Notes: generated by a model from the letters alone, not told the origin. DNA of 47,026 nt from an uncultured Acidobacteriota bacterium (GCA_964537865.1 CAZIDA010000001.1:1-47026); one strand, 5' to 3'. Positions 1-9,912 are shown, numbered from the stretch's first letter. Program-made: numbers and translations.

Positions 1-257
1 ATTCTCACGTTCTGCCGGCAACAGTTGAACCAGTGAGAGGAATTGAAAATGTCACGCCAGCCTCCATCAAGGCGGGCGTGCGGGTCTTCTCGTAGGTTGT
101 GCTCCCGTTCAATGTCGCAGAACATTAACGTACTGCCTTGTGGGCCGGAAGAGATTCCAGAGGAGGAGGATTGCCAAAGAAGTGGCTAGTGAACAGAGTT
201 CCATCAGAAACTCTATCCCGACCCTATTCCGGTGTCAACCGGATTTCCGACCCGTTT

Positions 258-286
258 TTGTCCGCACTGAAGACATCTGATATACT
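258..286 (+). promoter_or_regulatory. candidate sigma70-type promoter for thrC
   Basis: TTGTCC (258-263), 17-nt spacer, TATACT (281-286). It is followed by a purine-rich RBS (ACGGAGAAAGGAAA) and the ATG at 323. Motif match only. Confidence 0.3.
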
Positions 287-322
287 CTCGTTTTTTGATT
301 ACGGAGAAAGGAAATCATAGAC

Positions 323-1486
323 ATGAACCACGTCACGCATTTGGAATGTTCCTCCTGCAAGAAACATTTTCCTCCGCAGAAGATTTATAACCTCTGTCCC
401 GAATGCAAACTGCCGCTGCTGGTGCGATACGATCTGACGAAAGCTCAAATCACTCGCGAGGGCTTGGCGACGCGCGCGAAGACGATGTGGCGCTACCGGG
501 AAGTGCTGCCGGTGGTCAACGATGAGAACATCGTGTGCCTCGGTGAAGGATACACCCCGCTGTTCCACTGCGGTTCTTTGGGGAGCGCGATCGGATTGCG
601 AAATCTCTTCATCAAAGACGAATCGCCCAATCCCACCGCCTCGTTCAAGGCGCGCGGCATGGCGGCGGCCATCTCCATGGCGAAGGAATTAGGAATCAAG
701 AAAGTCGTTGTTCCCTCGGCGGGCAATGCGGCCAGCGCCATGGCGGCCTATGCGGCCCAAGCCGGGATGGAAGCGCACATCTTCATGCCCAAGGATGTTC
801 CGCAAGCAAACTTCATTGAGTGCAAATCTTTCGGCGCACAGGTGACGCTGGTCGACGGCCTCATCAGCGATTGCGGACGCATCGTCGCCGAACGAAAAGA
901 CAAGGAAGGTTGGTTCGATGTCTCCACGCTCAAAGAGCCGTACCGGATCGAAGGCAAGAAGACCATGGGCTATGAGCTGGCGGAGCAGTTCAATTGGAAT
1001 CTGCCCGACTGGATTTTCTATCCCACCGGTGGCGGCACCGGGTTGATCGGCATGTGGAAAGCTTTCGATGAAATGGAAGCGATGGGATGGATCGGCTCGA
1101 AGCGTCCCAAGATGGTGACGGTGCAGGCCAGCGGCTGCGCGCCCATCGTCAAGGCGTTTCACGACGGCGCTGCCAAGGCGACCACTTGGCAAAACGCGCA
1201 TACCATTGCCGCCGGTTTGCGAGTGCCGGGCGCCATCGGCGACTTCATCATGCTCGACATTCTGCGCCGCAGCGGCGGCAACGCCGTCATGGTGGACGAT
1301 GCGGATTTGAAGGCCGCAGTGAAAGAGATTGGAAAGCATGAAGGAATTTTCTGCGCTCCCGAAGGCGCCGCGTGTTTGCCGGCCTTGAAAAAACTTCAAC
1401 GCGATGGTCTGGTTCGGCCCGATGATCGCGTGGTTCTGTTCAACACCGGTTCCGGATTGAAGTACCTCGACGTGCTGGGAGACTGA
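323..1486 (+). CDS. thrC: threonine synthase
   Basis: 387-aa ORF. N-terminal Cys4 zinc ribbon (CSSCKK..CPEC), PLP-lysine motif [15 protein letters not shown], and glycine loop [11 protein letters not shown], as in PLP fold-type II threonine synthases. Confidence 0.85.
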   Translation: MNHVTHLECSSCKKHFPPQKIYNLCPECKLPLLVRYDLTKAQITREGLATRAKTMWRYREVLPVVNDENIVCLGEGYTPLFHCGSLGSAIGLRNLFIKDESPNPTASFKARGMAAAISMAKELGIKKVVVPSAGNAASAMAAYAAQAGMEAHIFMPKDVPQANFIECKSFGAQVTLVDGLISDCGRIVAERKDKEGWFDVSTLKEPYRIEGKKTMGYELAEQFNWNLPDWIFYPTGGGTGLIGMWKAFDEMEAMGWIGSKRPKMVTVQASGCAPIVKAFHDGAAKATTWQNAHTIAAGLRVPGAIGDFIMLDILRRSGGNAVMVDDADLKAAVKEIGKHEGIFCAPEGAACLPALKKLQRDGLVRPDDRVVLFNTGSGLKYLDVLGD

Positions 1487-1495
1487 TTCGCCATC

Positions 1496-2704
1496 ATGGC
1501 CACCGAACGGCTCTATTATGCCGACTCTTTTCTGCGCGAATTCGAAGCGCATGTCCTTTCTGAGCGTGAGGTCGGCGGCAAGCTCCATGTCACTCTGGAT
1601 CGAACTGCGTTCTATCCCACCGGCGGCGGTCAACCTTTCGACCAAGGCTCGCTCAATGAAAGCTCCGTCGTCGACGTGATGGAAGAAGAAGCGAGCGACG
1701 AAATCATTCACGTCGTCGATGCCCCGGTGAAAAGCGATCGCGTGGTCGGGCGAATCGATTGGGCGCGGCGACTCGACCACATGCAGCAACACTCCGGACA
1801 ACACATCCTCTCGGCCGCGTTTATTCAAGTTTGCAATGCCCCCACAGTCAGCTTCCATCTCGGAAATGAAACCTGCACCATCGATCTGCAAACGCAGCGC
1901 TCGATTCCCGACGATCTTCCTAAGGTGATCGATCTGGCTAACCAGATTCTGTTCGAAGATCGTCCGGTGCGCGTCTTGAATGTGACGCGCGAGGAGGCCG
2001 CCGCTTTGAATCTTCGGAAGGAATCAACGCGTGAAGGAATCCTGCGCGTCATTGAAGTCGCGGACTTCGATCGCTCCCCGTGCGGCGGCACTCACGTCAG
2101 CCACACCGGTCAAGTGGGCGTGATTCTGCCTCGAAAGGTGGAGCGCTACAAACAAGGCTGGCGCGTTGAGTTTGTATGCGGTGGGCGGGCGCTCAGGCGC
2201 GCGCAGGGCGATTTCGACGTCCTAACTCAAGTGTCGAAAACGCTGTCCTCTCCGGTGGATCAGATTCCCGCGCTCATCGAGAAACAAGTGGAAGAATCAA
2301 AATCGGCGCGGCGAGAACGACTGAAGTTGTTGGATCGCGTGGCGGAGTTCGAAGCGCGGGAACTTTTAAGGGAAGCGAAAAACGTGGGCGCGGTACGGGC
2401 GATCTTCAAGCAATTCGACGGCGTCGAAACGGAATACGTGAGACTGCTGGCGCAGCATGCCACGTCGACGCCGCGCGTGGTGGCTTCCTTTGTGGTGCTC
2501 ACCGAGAAACCGCAGTGGTTGATTGCCACGTCGGTTGATGTGGGCGTCGATGCGGGCAAAGTGTTCAAAGCGGCGGCGCAACAGTTTCCCTTGCGTGGCG
2601 GCGGATCGAAGAATATGGCTCAAGGCTCGCTCGAAAACGCCGCATCTATCCCCGCGCTGTTTGAATTCCTCGAAAACAATCTCAAGAAGAAGGAATCCGA
2701 TTGA
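1496..2704 (+). CDS. AlaX-type alanyl-tRNA editing protein (alanyl/threonyl-tRNA synthetase SAD domain)
   Basis: 402-aa ORF starting 10 nt after thrC. Zinc motifs HMQQHSGQH (HxxxH) and CGGTH are typical of the tRNA_SAD editing domain. There is no aminoacylation core. Confidence 0.8.
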   Translation: MATERLYYADSFLREFEAHVLSEREVGGKLHVTLDRTAFYPTGGGQPFDQGSLNESSVVDVMEEEASDEIIHVVDAPVKSDRVVGRIDWARRLDHMQQHSGQHILSAAFIQVCNAPTVSFHLGNETCTIDLQTQRSIPDDLPKVIDLANQILFEDRPVRVLNVTREEAAALNLRKESTREGILRVIEVADFDRSPCGGTHVSHTGQVGVILPRKVERYKQGWRVEFVCGGRALRRAQGDFDVLTQVSKTLSSPVDQIPALIEKQVEESKSARRERLKLLDRVAEFEARELLREAKNVGAVRAIFKQFDGVETEYVRLLAQHATSTPRVVASFVVLTEKPQWLIATSVDVGVDAGKVFKAAAQQFPLRGGGSKNMAQGSLENAASIPALFEFLENNLKKKESD

Positions 2705-2705
2705 A

Positions 2706-3698
2706 ATGACCTCGTCGAAGGTGTTGTTTGTTTTCACCGGGGGCACGATGTCGATGAAGTTCGATCCCGAAGTTGGGGCCGCCGTGCCGGCTTATTCGGG
2801 CGCCGAAATCTTGGCGATGACGCCGAATCTTTCAACGGTGTGCGATTACGAACTCATCGATTTCGCGCGGCTTCCCGGCCCGCACATGACTCCCGAAAAA
2901 ATGTTCGAGCTGTCTCAATTGCTCAACGAACAACTGTGTCGCCCGGAGATTGCTGGCGCGGTGGTCACGCACGGCACGGACGCGCTCGAAGAGACCGCAT
3001 ACTTCTTGGAACTGACGGTCGACTCCTCTAAGCCGGTGGCGGTAATCGGCGCGATGCGGCACAGCGGCGAAATCGGATGGGACGGCGCGCACAACATCGT
3101 GTCGGCGGCCCGCGTCGTTCTCGATGCCGACGCCGTCGATCGCGGCGTGATGGTGGTGATGAACGATGAAATCGTGACCGCGCGCGAAGTCACCAAGACC
3201 CACACTGAAGCGTTCGACGCCTTCAAATCCCCGGAGTTCGGCCCCATTGGCTTGGCCGATAAGGATCGCATTATGTGGGTGCGGGGAAAATTCTGGCGAA
3301 AAATTCTTCGCCCCGAAAGCCTGGAGACGCGCGTCGATATGTTCAAGATGTACGTCGGATTCGATCCGCGCTTGATCGATTACGCCATCGACACCGGCGT
3401 TCAAGGTCTGGTAATCGAAGCCATGGGGCGCGGCAACATTCCTCCGGCGGCGTTCGCGGCTGTAAAGCGCGCACTTCAAAAACCGATGCCGGTGGTGGTG
3501 TGCTCCCGTTGCACACGAGGACGCGTTCTCGATACCTACGGTTATGAGGGCGCCGGAAAGCAATCGCGCAAATTGGGCGCCATCTTCGGCGGCAATCTCC
3601 CCGGACAAAAAGCGCGAATCAAATTGATTCTCGCGCTCGGCCAGACGCGCGACCTCAACGAGATTCGAAATTTCTTCGAAGAAGGCATCTATTTTTGA
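2706..3698 (+). CDS. L-asparaginase (type I-like)
   Basis: The track ORF 2523..3698 overlaps the upstream gene, so I placed the start at ATG 2706 (MTSSKVLFVFTGGTMSM). Catalytic TGGT motif, HGTDALEETAYFL motif, and GRGN motif in the C-terminal domain. Confidence 0.85.
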   Translation: MTSSKVLFVFTGGTMSMKFDPEVGAAVPAYSGAEILAMTPNLSTVCDYELIDFARLPGPHMTPEKMFELSQLLNEQLCRPEIAGAVVTHGTDALEETAYFLELTVDSSKPVAVIGAMRHSGEIGWDGAHNIVSAARVVLDADAVDRGVMVVMNDEIVTAREVTKTHTEAFDAFKSPEFGPIGLADKDRIMWVRGKFWRKILRPESLETRVDMFKMYVGFDPRLIDYAIDTGVQGLVIEAMGRGNIPPAAFAAVKRALQKPMPVVVCSRCTRGRVLDTYGYEGAGKQSRKLGAIFGGNLPGQKARIKLILALGQTRDLNEIRNFFEEGIYF

Positions 3699-3720
3699 TT
3701 CGGCTTGGAGAAGGACTGCC

Positions 3721-4035
3721 TTGACTCAATCACGCATCGAGATTTTCGAAGAGACGATCCGGCAATCGCCCACCGATTCGTTTGCGCATTATGCGTTGGC
3801 GATGGAATACGAAAAGGTCGGACAATTCGAGGACTCCGTCGCGCTCTATCGCAAGATTATCGGATTTGATCCGGCTTATGTTCCGGCCTATCAGATGTGC
3901 GGTCAGCTCTTCATGCGGCTGGGACGGCACGACGAAGCGCGCGAGGTGTTGAGCGCGGGGCTCGCGGCGGCTCAGCGAACGTCGAACCCAAAAGCTACCC
4001 AAGAAATTCAAGGTTTGTTGGAGGAACTGAGTTGA
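3721..4035 (+). CDS. small TPR-repeat protein
   Basis: 104-aa ORF with a TTG start. It has helical-repeat TPR-like patterns (AHYALAMEYEKVGQFEDSVALYRKIIGFDPAYVPAYQMCGQLFMRLGRHDEA). Confidence 0.55.
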   Translation: MTQSRIEIFEETIRQSPTDSFAHYALAMEYEKVGQFEDSVALYRKIIGFDPAYVPAYQMCGQLFMRLGRHDEAREVLSAGLAAAQRTSNPKATQEIQGLLEELS

Positions 4036-4126
4036 AGCCTCTCAGTTTCCGGATCCCCGAAGAACTACTTCACACATTGCAGTTCCGAATATCTATTATC
4101 AATTTTGAAAGCGAAAGCGTTGAGTC

Positions 4127-5539
4127 ATGTCTCTTCCCATTCCGGAAGACAGTGCCCCCGGTGAAACGGCTTCGCAGGCGCCACTAGACGATCAAGAGCG
4201 CGGTCTGAAGCGGCAATTGTCGGAGCGCCAGTTGACCATGATCGCGATCGGCGGCGCCATCGGCACCGGACTTTTTCTTGGCAGCGGCGTGGCCGTTCAA
4301 TTGGCGGGGCCAGCGGTCCTGCTCACGTACTTGATGGGCGCGTTGATCGCCTTGATTGTGACGTTGGCGCTGGCGGAGATGACGGTGGTGCGTCCGCTGG
4401 CCGGTTCGTTCGGCGTGCATGCCGACGAGTTCCTGCATCCGTGGGCCGGATTCTCGGTTCGTTATTCCTACTGGCTGGCGCAAGTGATCGCCATCGGCAG
4501 CGAAGTGGTGGCCGCCTCCATCTATTGCCGCTACTGGTTTCCTCACGTTCCCGCTTGGCTTTGGATTGTTGTCTTTTCCACATCCATGGTTTACGTGAAC
4601 TCGCGGACGGTTTCGCGGTTTGGGGAGTTCGAATATTGGTTTGCGATGATCAAAGTGGTGACCATCGCGGCGTTCTTGATTACGGGATGCGGTTTGATCT
4701 TTGGCGGGCGGCAGGGCGTGGCTCTATCGTTTCACGACTTTTCGAATCACGCGATTATCTTCCCGCACGGATGGGCCGGCGTGTGGCTGGCGTCGAGCCT
4801 GGTGATGTTCAGTTTTCTGGGAGTGGAGATTGTCGCCGTGACTTCCGGGGAAGCCAAAGACCCGGGCAGGAGCATTCCCAAAGCAATGAAGGGAACCGTG
4901 GGCCGCTTGGTTCTTTTTTATGTGGGCGCCATTTTCATCTTGATCATGATCGTGCCTCACGCGGAAATTGGAATTCGCGAGAGTCCTTTCGTGACGGTCT
5001 TTCGAGCGGTGGGCGTTCCGTATGCCGGCGGCCTGATGAACTTCGTGGTGTTGACGGCGGCGCTGTCTTCCATGAACACCAACCTCTATCTGACCTCGCG
5101 AATGTTGTTCTCGCTTTCGCGAAGCGGATTTGCGCCCCCGCTGTTCGGCCGAGTCACGCCCAGCGGCGCGCCGCGCAACGCCTTGCTGGCTTCCACCGCG
5201 GGACTCGTGGCGGCGGTCCTGATGGCGCGATTCTTTCCCCAGAATGCTTATCTTTCGATGGTGGGCGTGGCGCTCTTTGGCGGCATCTTCGCGTGGATGA
5301 TTATTCTGCTGACGCACTTTTCCTTCCGGCGCAAGATGACCCGCAGCGTGGTCGCGGGACTGCCCCTCCGCCTCCCCGGATACCCTTGGAGCGGCGCGCT
5401 GGCGCTGGCCGTATTGATCGCCGTCACGCTCTCGAGTTGGTGGGTGCCGGAGATGCGACCCATGGTCGTGAGCGCCGGACCGTGGTTGATCGTGGTGACG
5501 ATGTTCTATTTCCTTTGGAGATGGGTGAGAAGAAAATAG
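4127..5539 (+). CDS. amino acid permease (APC superfamily)
   Basis: 470-aa hydrophobic multi-TM ORF. It carries the N-terminal APC signature LKRQLSERQLTMIAIGGAIGTGLFLGSG. Confidence 0.85.
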   Translation: MSLPIPEDSAPGETASQAPLDDQERGLKRQLSERQLTMIAIGGAIGTGLFLGSGVAVQLAGPAVLLTYLMGALIALIVTLALAEMTVVRPLAGSFGVHADEFLHPWAGFSVRYSYWLAQVIAIGSEVVAASIYCRYWFPHVPAWLWIVVFSTSMVYVNSRTVSRFGEFEYWFAMIKVVTIAAFLITGCGLIFGGRQGVALSFHDFSNHAIIFPHGWAGVWLASSLVMFSFLGVEIVAVTSGEAKDPGRSIPKAMKGTVGRLVLFYVGAIFILIMIVPHAEIGIRESPFVTVFRAVGVPYAGGLMNFVVLTAALSSMNTNLYLTSRMLFSLSRSGFAPPLFGRVTPSGAPRNALLASTAGLVAAVLMARFFPQNAYLSMVGVALFGGIFAWMIILLTHFSFRRKMTRSVVAGLPLRLPGYPWSGALALAVLIAVTLSSWWVPEMRPMVVSAGPWLIVVTMFYFLWRWVRRK

Positions 5540-5568
5540 GGAACTGAAAAAGGAGCAAAAGACTCACT

Positions 5569-5602
5569 GGAGAGCGCTACGATTCGATCGGAGAGGTTGT
5601 GG
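5569..5602 (+). repeat. tRNA-Ala-core-like fragment upstream of tRNA-Ala
   Basis: GGAGAGCGCTACGATTCGATCGGAGAGGTTGTGG aligns with the D-arm to variable-region core of the adjacent tRNA (GGGAGAGCGCATCGTTCGCAACGATGAGGTCGTGG, 5672..5706). No acceptor or T arm is present. Confidence 0.45.
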
Positions 5603-5653
5603 CCTTGAAAAACTCCCCGACATCCATTATCATCATGCCCGCTTCTGAGACGT

Positions 5654-5730
5654 GGGCCGCTAGCTCAGTTTGGGAGAGCGCATCGTTCGCAACGATGAGG
5701 TCGTGGGTTCGAGCCCCATGCGGTCCACCA
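5654..5730 (+). tRNA. tRNA-Ala (anticodon CGC), CCA encoded
   Basis: Full cloverleaf read by hand: acceptor GGGCCGC/GCGGTCC with the G3:U70 Ala identity pair, D arm GCTC-AGTTTGGGA-GAGC, anticodon arm CATCG-TTCGCAA-CGATG, T arm GTGGG-TTCGAGC-CCCAT, then discriminator A and CCA. Confidence 0.95.
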
Positions 5731-5790
5731 TTTGAAGCAAATTCCAAAAGCCAAGTATCAAAATCCAAACAATAAAATCGAGAATGCGCT

Positions 5791-5866
5791 TGGGGGAAGC
5801 GGGAGAGCGCTCCGATGGCATCGGAGAGGTCGTGGTAAGGCAAATTCCAAGTATCAAAATCCAAAA
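5791..5866 (+). pseudogene. degenerate partial duplicate of a tRNA-Ala gene (anticodon loop would read GGC)
   Basis: GGGAGAGCGCTCCGATGGCATCGGAGAGGTCGTGG (5801..5835) keeps the D-arm 3' half and an anticodon stem-loop CTCCG-ATGGCAT-CGGAG. It lacks the T arm and the acceptor 3' strand. The AT-rich tail GCAAATTCCAA(AAGC)CAAGTATCAAAATCCAAA after the real tRNA (5737..5769) is repeated at 5840..5866. Confidence 0.5.
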
Positions 5867-5888
5867 GCAAGCCGATTCTTTCCTTTGA

Positions 5889-6455
5889 TTACTTTCGTTT
5901 CTTTATCGCTTCCGCAAAGACCACGCGGCGGCCTTCCGGATCGGCGCATTCCAACGTGCGATATCCCCACGGCACGTCCCGCGGTGGGCCGAAAAACTGG
6001 ACGCCCTTCCTTGACAGTTGTTCATAGATGCGGTCCACGTCTCGGACGATGAAGTAGATTTGCCCATACAAGGGTTCTTCAGGCGGCCGTCCTCCCAATT
6101 GAGCGACCCAGTGATAGGCGAGATTGTAATCTTGAAAATGAATTGACGTGTCGCGGCTGGAACGAAGCGTGAGCACTCCGCGGCTGTCGTCATGATAGGC
6201 GAATCCGGGCTTGGGCGCGGAAGGTCGGCGCTTTTCGGGAGCAAACGGAAATCCCAGAGTCTCTCGATAAAAGAAAGCCGCCGCATGCGGATCTTTGGTC
6301 GTGAACATCAAATGAACTTCCTCGATTCCCATCCAGCCCGGCTTGTCAGAGATGGATCGCGTTCGAACCGCCGTCTTTCCCGCGGCGCGCTTCTTGGAAG
6401 ACTTCTTCGATTTTGAAACCTTTTTAGCCGCCCGAACTTTCTTCTTCTTCGCCAT
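5889..6455 (-). CDS. VOC (glyoxalase/bleomycin-resistance fold) family protein with a lysine-rich N-terminal tail
   Basis: Start moved to ATG 6455, which is preceded by GAGGTGG. The beta-alpha-beta-beta-beta module patterns are HLMFTTKDPHAAAFFYRETLGFPF and IYFIVRDVDRIYEQLSRKGVQFFGPPRDVPWGYRTLECADPEGRRVVF. The N-terminus is MAKKKKVRAAKKVSKSKKSSKKRAAGK. Confidence 0.7.
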   Translation of the reverse strand: MAKKKKVRAAKKVSKSKKSSKKRAAGKTAVRTRSISDKPGWMGIEEVHLMFTTKDPHAAAFFYRETLGFPFAPEKRRPSAPKPGFAYHDDSRGVLTLRSSRDTSIHFQDYNLAYHWVAQLGGRPPEEPLYGQIYFIVRDVDRIYEQLSRKGVQFFGPPRDVPWGYRTLECADPEGRRVVFAEAIKKRK

Positions 6456-6805
6456 GATCCACCTCGGATGAATTTCTCGATGAAAGTGAAAGGCCGCTTT
6501 CAAAAAGGACGAGCCCTGCTCGGCGTCTCAGCGGTAGTTCGTCACGCATCAACTCAATGGATTGCCTATCAAAACACAATGAAGCCACTAAGAATTTACT
6601 TCAAAAGGAAACAATGACACTTGCGAAACTGAAGAGGAGCCCCGCGCTAAAGGGAATAGGGTCCAAACCAAACCCGCCAAAACATCCTGAATCTCCGGCA
6701 TGCGTGGCGCTAGTGTATCCATTTTCATAACGTTTGGCAAATTCTTTGAGGATTTCTTTGAGGATTTTGGGTTGGCGCCCGATGCGGCCCTTGCCGGGTG
6801 ATGGG

Positions 6806-8143
6806 TTAGGACTGCTTCTTGTGGATCCGTTTGCGGGCCCAGTCCACCTTCTCTCGGAGGCTTTTCTCGAGTCCGGAGTCGGTGGGGTCGTAGTACTCGC
6901 GATCCTTCAAATTCTCGGGAAGACATTGCATGTCGGTGATTCGGTCGTCGAAATTGTGGGCGTATTTGTAGCCCTCGCCGTAACCCAATTCCTTCATCAA
7001 GCGCGTGGGAGCATTGCGGATTTGGAGCGGGACGGGTTCCGCCAACGTCTCCGTGGCGTCTTGTTGCGCGGAGGAATACGCCGTGTAGATGGCGTTTGAT
7101 TTCGGCGCCAGCGCCAAATAGACCGCCACTTCCGCCAAGGCCAGGTTCCCTTCCGGCATGCCAAGAAAATCCACCGACCGCATGGCCTCCATGGCCAGCG
7201 TGAGCGCTCGCGGATCGGCCAGGCCGATGTCTTCGGTGGCCATGCGGACCATGCGCCGAGCGACGTAAAGCGGATCTTCACCTGCCTCCAGCATGCGCGC
7301 CAGCCAATACAGCGCGGCGTCCGCATCGCTGTTGCGAACCGATTTGTGGAGCGCCGAGATGATGTTGTAGTGTTCTTCGCCGCCTTTGTCGTAAAGCAGC
7401 GTCTTCTTCTGGAGCACGGATTCAATATCCTGTTCCGATATTTTCTTGGCGCCCTGGCCGTCTGGGGCGGCGCCAACGACGGCGGCTTCGATGGCGTTGT
7501 AGGCGATGCGGGCGTCACCGTTCGCAAAAAGAGCGATGCGCTCCAAACTGGAAGCGGCGATCTCGATCTTCTCTTGCCCAAGGCCGTAACGGGAGTCGGT
7601 GAGCGCGCGCTCCAACAGCGCCAGAATCTCTTCGATCGTCAGCGGATGCAGCACGTACACGCGGCAGCGCGACAGGAGCGCGGAAATCACTTCAAACGAG
7701 GGATTCTCCGTGGTCGCGCCGATGAGGGTGATGTTGCCTTTCTCCACGTGCGGCAGAAAGGCGTCCTGCTGGGCTTTGTTGAAACGATGGATTTCGTCGA
7801 TGAAGAGAATGGTCCGCGAGCCGTATTGGCGGGCCTGCTCCGCCTTCACCATGACTTCCTTGATCTCTTTGATGCCCGCAAGCACGGCGCTGAAGTTGAC
7901 GAAGGTGGAGTGAGTTCTTCGGGCGATGATTTGCGCCAACGTGGTTTTGCCGACACCCGGCGGTCCCCAGAAGATGAGCGAGGTGATTTGGTCTTTCTCA
8001 ATCTGGATGCGGAGCGGCTTGCCGAGGCCGATCAAATGCTCTTGCCCGACAAAATCTTCCAGCGCTCGCGGGCGCATTCGATCCGCCAGCGGACGCGTGC
8101 GATCCGTGAGCGTCTTCTCGTCCGCTTCTGGCGCATCCTTCAT
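6806..8143 (-). CDS. rarA: replication-associated recombination protein A (AAA+ ATPase)
   Basis: Walker [10 protein letters not shown], Walker [13 protein letters not shown], and the conserved MgsA C-terminal region ([27 protein letters not shown]). The track ORF runs to 8341. ATG 8143 gives a typical length of about 445 aa, but the start is uncertain. Confidence 0.85.
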   Translation of the reverse strand: MKDAPEADEKTLTDRTRPLADRMRPRALEDFVGQEHLIGLGKPLRIQIEKDQITSLIFWGPPGVGKTTLAQIIARRTHSTFVNFSAVLAGIKEIKEVMVKAEQARQYGSRTILFIDEIHRFNKAQQDAFLPHVEKGNITLIGATTENPSFEVISALLSRCRVYVLHPLTIEEILALLERALTDSRYGLGQEKIEIAASSLERIALFANGDARIAYNAIEAAVVGAAPDGQGAKKISEQDIESVLQKKTLLYDKGGEEHYNIISALHKSVRNSDADAALYWLARMLEAGEDPLYVARRMVRMATEDIGLADPRALTLAMEAMRSVDFLGMPEGNLALAEVAVYLALAPKSNAIYTAYSSAQQDATETLAEPVPLQIRNAPTRLMKELGYGEGYKYAHNFDDRITDMQCLPENLKDREYYDPTDSGLEKSLREKVDWARKRIHKKQS

Positions 8144-8442
8144 TTCGGAAAAAAGATCCACGAGAATCCTTTCAAGGTTGCCGACCCCGCCGATCTTTGG
8201 GGCGTCGGAAATTCGCGGCTGCCGTTCGATCAACCTCGCATGCGAGAGTATACCAGCAAAAATTTCTCGAATAGCAATGAATAGAGCCGAGACGGGCTGC
8301 CTCCGCTGCTCGAGGGAGGCGCCGTTCCCTGATTTCGTCAAGCGGCATTGGTATGTAAAATTTTGTAGACAGCGCGCCCGTGGACAACCAGTGGGCGAAC
8401 CAATGGCTTCCCATGAAGTGGTAAGCGGTGGAGGTGATGATC

Positions 8443-9051
8443 ATGAAGAAGCGAGTTTGGACCTTAATCGAAGTGGCTGCGACCATTCTCATGTTGGGTA
8501 GCGTCCTGTGGGCGGAAAGTCCGATGACCAATTCGAAGAACGGGCCGCCGCGGGGAAACTCTCCGGCGAGTCAGAAAGTTTCTACCGAGAGCGCTGCTCC
8601 CACGACCGCGCAAATCGCGGCATCGGTTCGCCACCAACTGGCGATGCTGCCTTGGTATAACGTGTTCGACTGGCTGGATGGAAAGGTCACGCCTCAAGGA
8701 GAAGTGATTCTCCGCGGGCAAGTGGTTTTACCGGTGACGAAAACGGACGCCGAAAACAGCGTTCGCCATCTCCCCGGCGTGACGGGCGTAAAAAACGACA
8801 TCGAAGTCTTGCCGGTGTCCATCGTTGACGATCGGCTTCGAATGGCGCTTTACCGTTCGATTTTCAAATTTGATTCGCCGCTCTTTCAATACGAAGTGAG
8901 GGCCGTTCCGCCCATCCACATCATTGTGAAGAACGGGAATGTCACGCTGAAGGGTTACGTGGCCAACAAGATGGACAGCCAAATAGCCTACACCGACGCC
9001 ATGGAAGTTCCCGGCGTGTTCGGAGTGGCCAACGATCTTAAGATCGGGTAA
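8443..9051 (+). CDS. secreted protein with two BON domains (OsmY-like)
   Basis: ATG 8443 follows GGAGGTG by 7 nt. It has a signal-peptide-like N-terminus and two BON-like modules (..[35 protein letters not shown] and ..[35 protein letters not shown]). Confidence 0.75.
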   Translation: MKKRVWTLIEVAATILMLGSVLWAESPMTNSKNGPPRGNSPASQKVSTESAAPTTAQIAASVRHQLAMLPWYNVFDWLDGKVTPQGEVILRGQVVLPVTKTDAENSVRHLPGVTGVKNDIEVLPVSIVDDRLRMALYRSIFKFDSPLFQYEVRAVPPIHIIVKNGNVTLKGYVANKMDSQIAYTDAMEVPGVFGVANDLKIG

Positions 9052-9096
9052 CGCGGGTCCCGCGAAGAGCGGAGCCGACTCGAAGGCGAAACCCGG

Positions 9097-9130
9097 AAAG
9101 GCGCGCCGTGTTTCAGACGCGCCTTTTTTT
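9097..9130 (+). terminator. rho-independent terminator after the BON gene (between convergent genes)
   Basis: 9-bp stem AAAGGCGCG / CGCGCCTTT with a 12-nt loop, followed by a T7 run (9124-9130). Confidence 0.7.
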
Positions 9131-9135
9131 ACGCT

Positions 9136-9912
9136 TTAATTTGAGATTTCCTGGCCTTGGATGAAGTTGCCGTGCCAGGTGTGATACCACACTTGCCCGG
9201 TGTATCCGTTCACGCTCAACATCCCATATTTCTTTCCCGTGGCGACGTCGTTCACATCGAAACTATAGAAACCGTAATAAGTGTCCGGAGGATTGACCAC
9301 CGCCAAATTGCGCCCTGAGAATCGGGCAGCCAGAAATTGATTGGCGTCTTGCCCCGCTTCTGATGCACTCACGGTCATGGGAGAGTTCGTTCCCGAAGTC
9401 GATCCGAAAACTTCCGAGCGCATGGACATGCCGTTCCCAAGATACTTCGCATTCCACATCATGTTGGGGCCGGGTTCCGGCATCACGGCTCCCGTCCATT
9501 TATCGATGGTCAGTTGAAACGCCTTGTTGGAGGTGGACCGTTCCTCCACGACAACATAGAAGTTGTACTCCCACTCCTCCACTTCATCGAGCGCGAGATT
9601 GGCGTTGTTCAGCGCGGTAAGGTAATTCTGCGCCAACGTGATGGCGTCGGACATTTGAAGCATCTTACCGTCGTTGCGATAACCCTGCTCGCCGCTGATC
9701 AACATGATTGCGCCCATGCCGTTGCTCATCCGGCTTGTCGCGTAACTGCTTCCCATCCCAAACCCGCTTCCCATGCCGCCGCTTCCTGTTCCGCCGCCTC
9801 CCATCCCCCCGGGACCCATCTGAGCGCGCCACAAGGAAGGCGAAATGACCATTAAACCCACAGCGCCTACCAAGACAAAAAGTGTGATAAACCGTTTGCT
9901 GAATATTCGCAT
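9136..9912 (-). CDS. secreted Gly/Met-rich protein with two PepSY-like modules
   Basis: ATG 9912 is preceded by GGAGAGG. A signal anchor (FITLFVLVGAVGLMVI) is followed by MGPGGMGGGGTGSGGMGSGFGMG. Two modules end in ..FQLTIDKWTGAVMPE and ..GMLSVNGYTGQVWYH, which is PepSY-like topology. Confidence 0.55.
   Translation of the reverse strand: MRIFSKRFITLFVLVGAVGLMVISPSLWRAQMGPGGMGGGGTGSGGMGSGFGMGSSYATSRMSNGMGAIMLISGEQGYRNDGKMLQMSDAITLAQNYLTALNNANLALDEVEEWEYNFYVVVEERSTSNKAFQLTIDKWTGAVMPEPGPNMMWNAKYLGNGMSMRSEVFGSTSGTNSPMTVSASEAGQDANQFLAARFSGRNLAVVNPPDTYYGFYSFDVNDVATGKKYGMLSVNGYTGQVWYHTWHGNFIQGQEISN

Noticed and set aside
138-320. 60-aa ORF upstream of thrC
   Set aside because: It has no RBS and a non-protein-like composition. 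The region is better explained as a promoter/leader. I also saw no recognisable riboswitch or T-box features.
689-1891. 400-aa minus-strand ORF across thrC and the AlaX-like gene
   Set aside because: It is antisense to two well-supported genes and spans their intergenic gap. Its composition is typical of a GC-rich shadow frame.
4441-5547. 368-aa plus-strand ORF overlapping the permease gene in another frame
   Set aside because: It is an Arg/Gly-rich alternative frame. The permease frame has clear TM segments and the APC signature.
5577-5870. 97-aa and 65-aa minus-strand ORFs over the tRNA-Ala locus
   Set aside because: They run through a bona fide tRNA gene and its degenerate copies, so they are not coding.
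6741-6765. Tandem ATTTCTTTGAGG x2; checked as a possible CRISPR or microsatellite
   Set aside because: There are only two short adjacent copies with no spacers, so it is not a CRISPR array. No CRISPR-like repeat-spacer structure was seen anywhere in the window.
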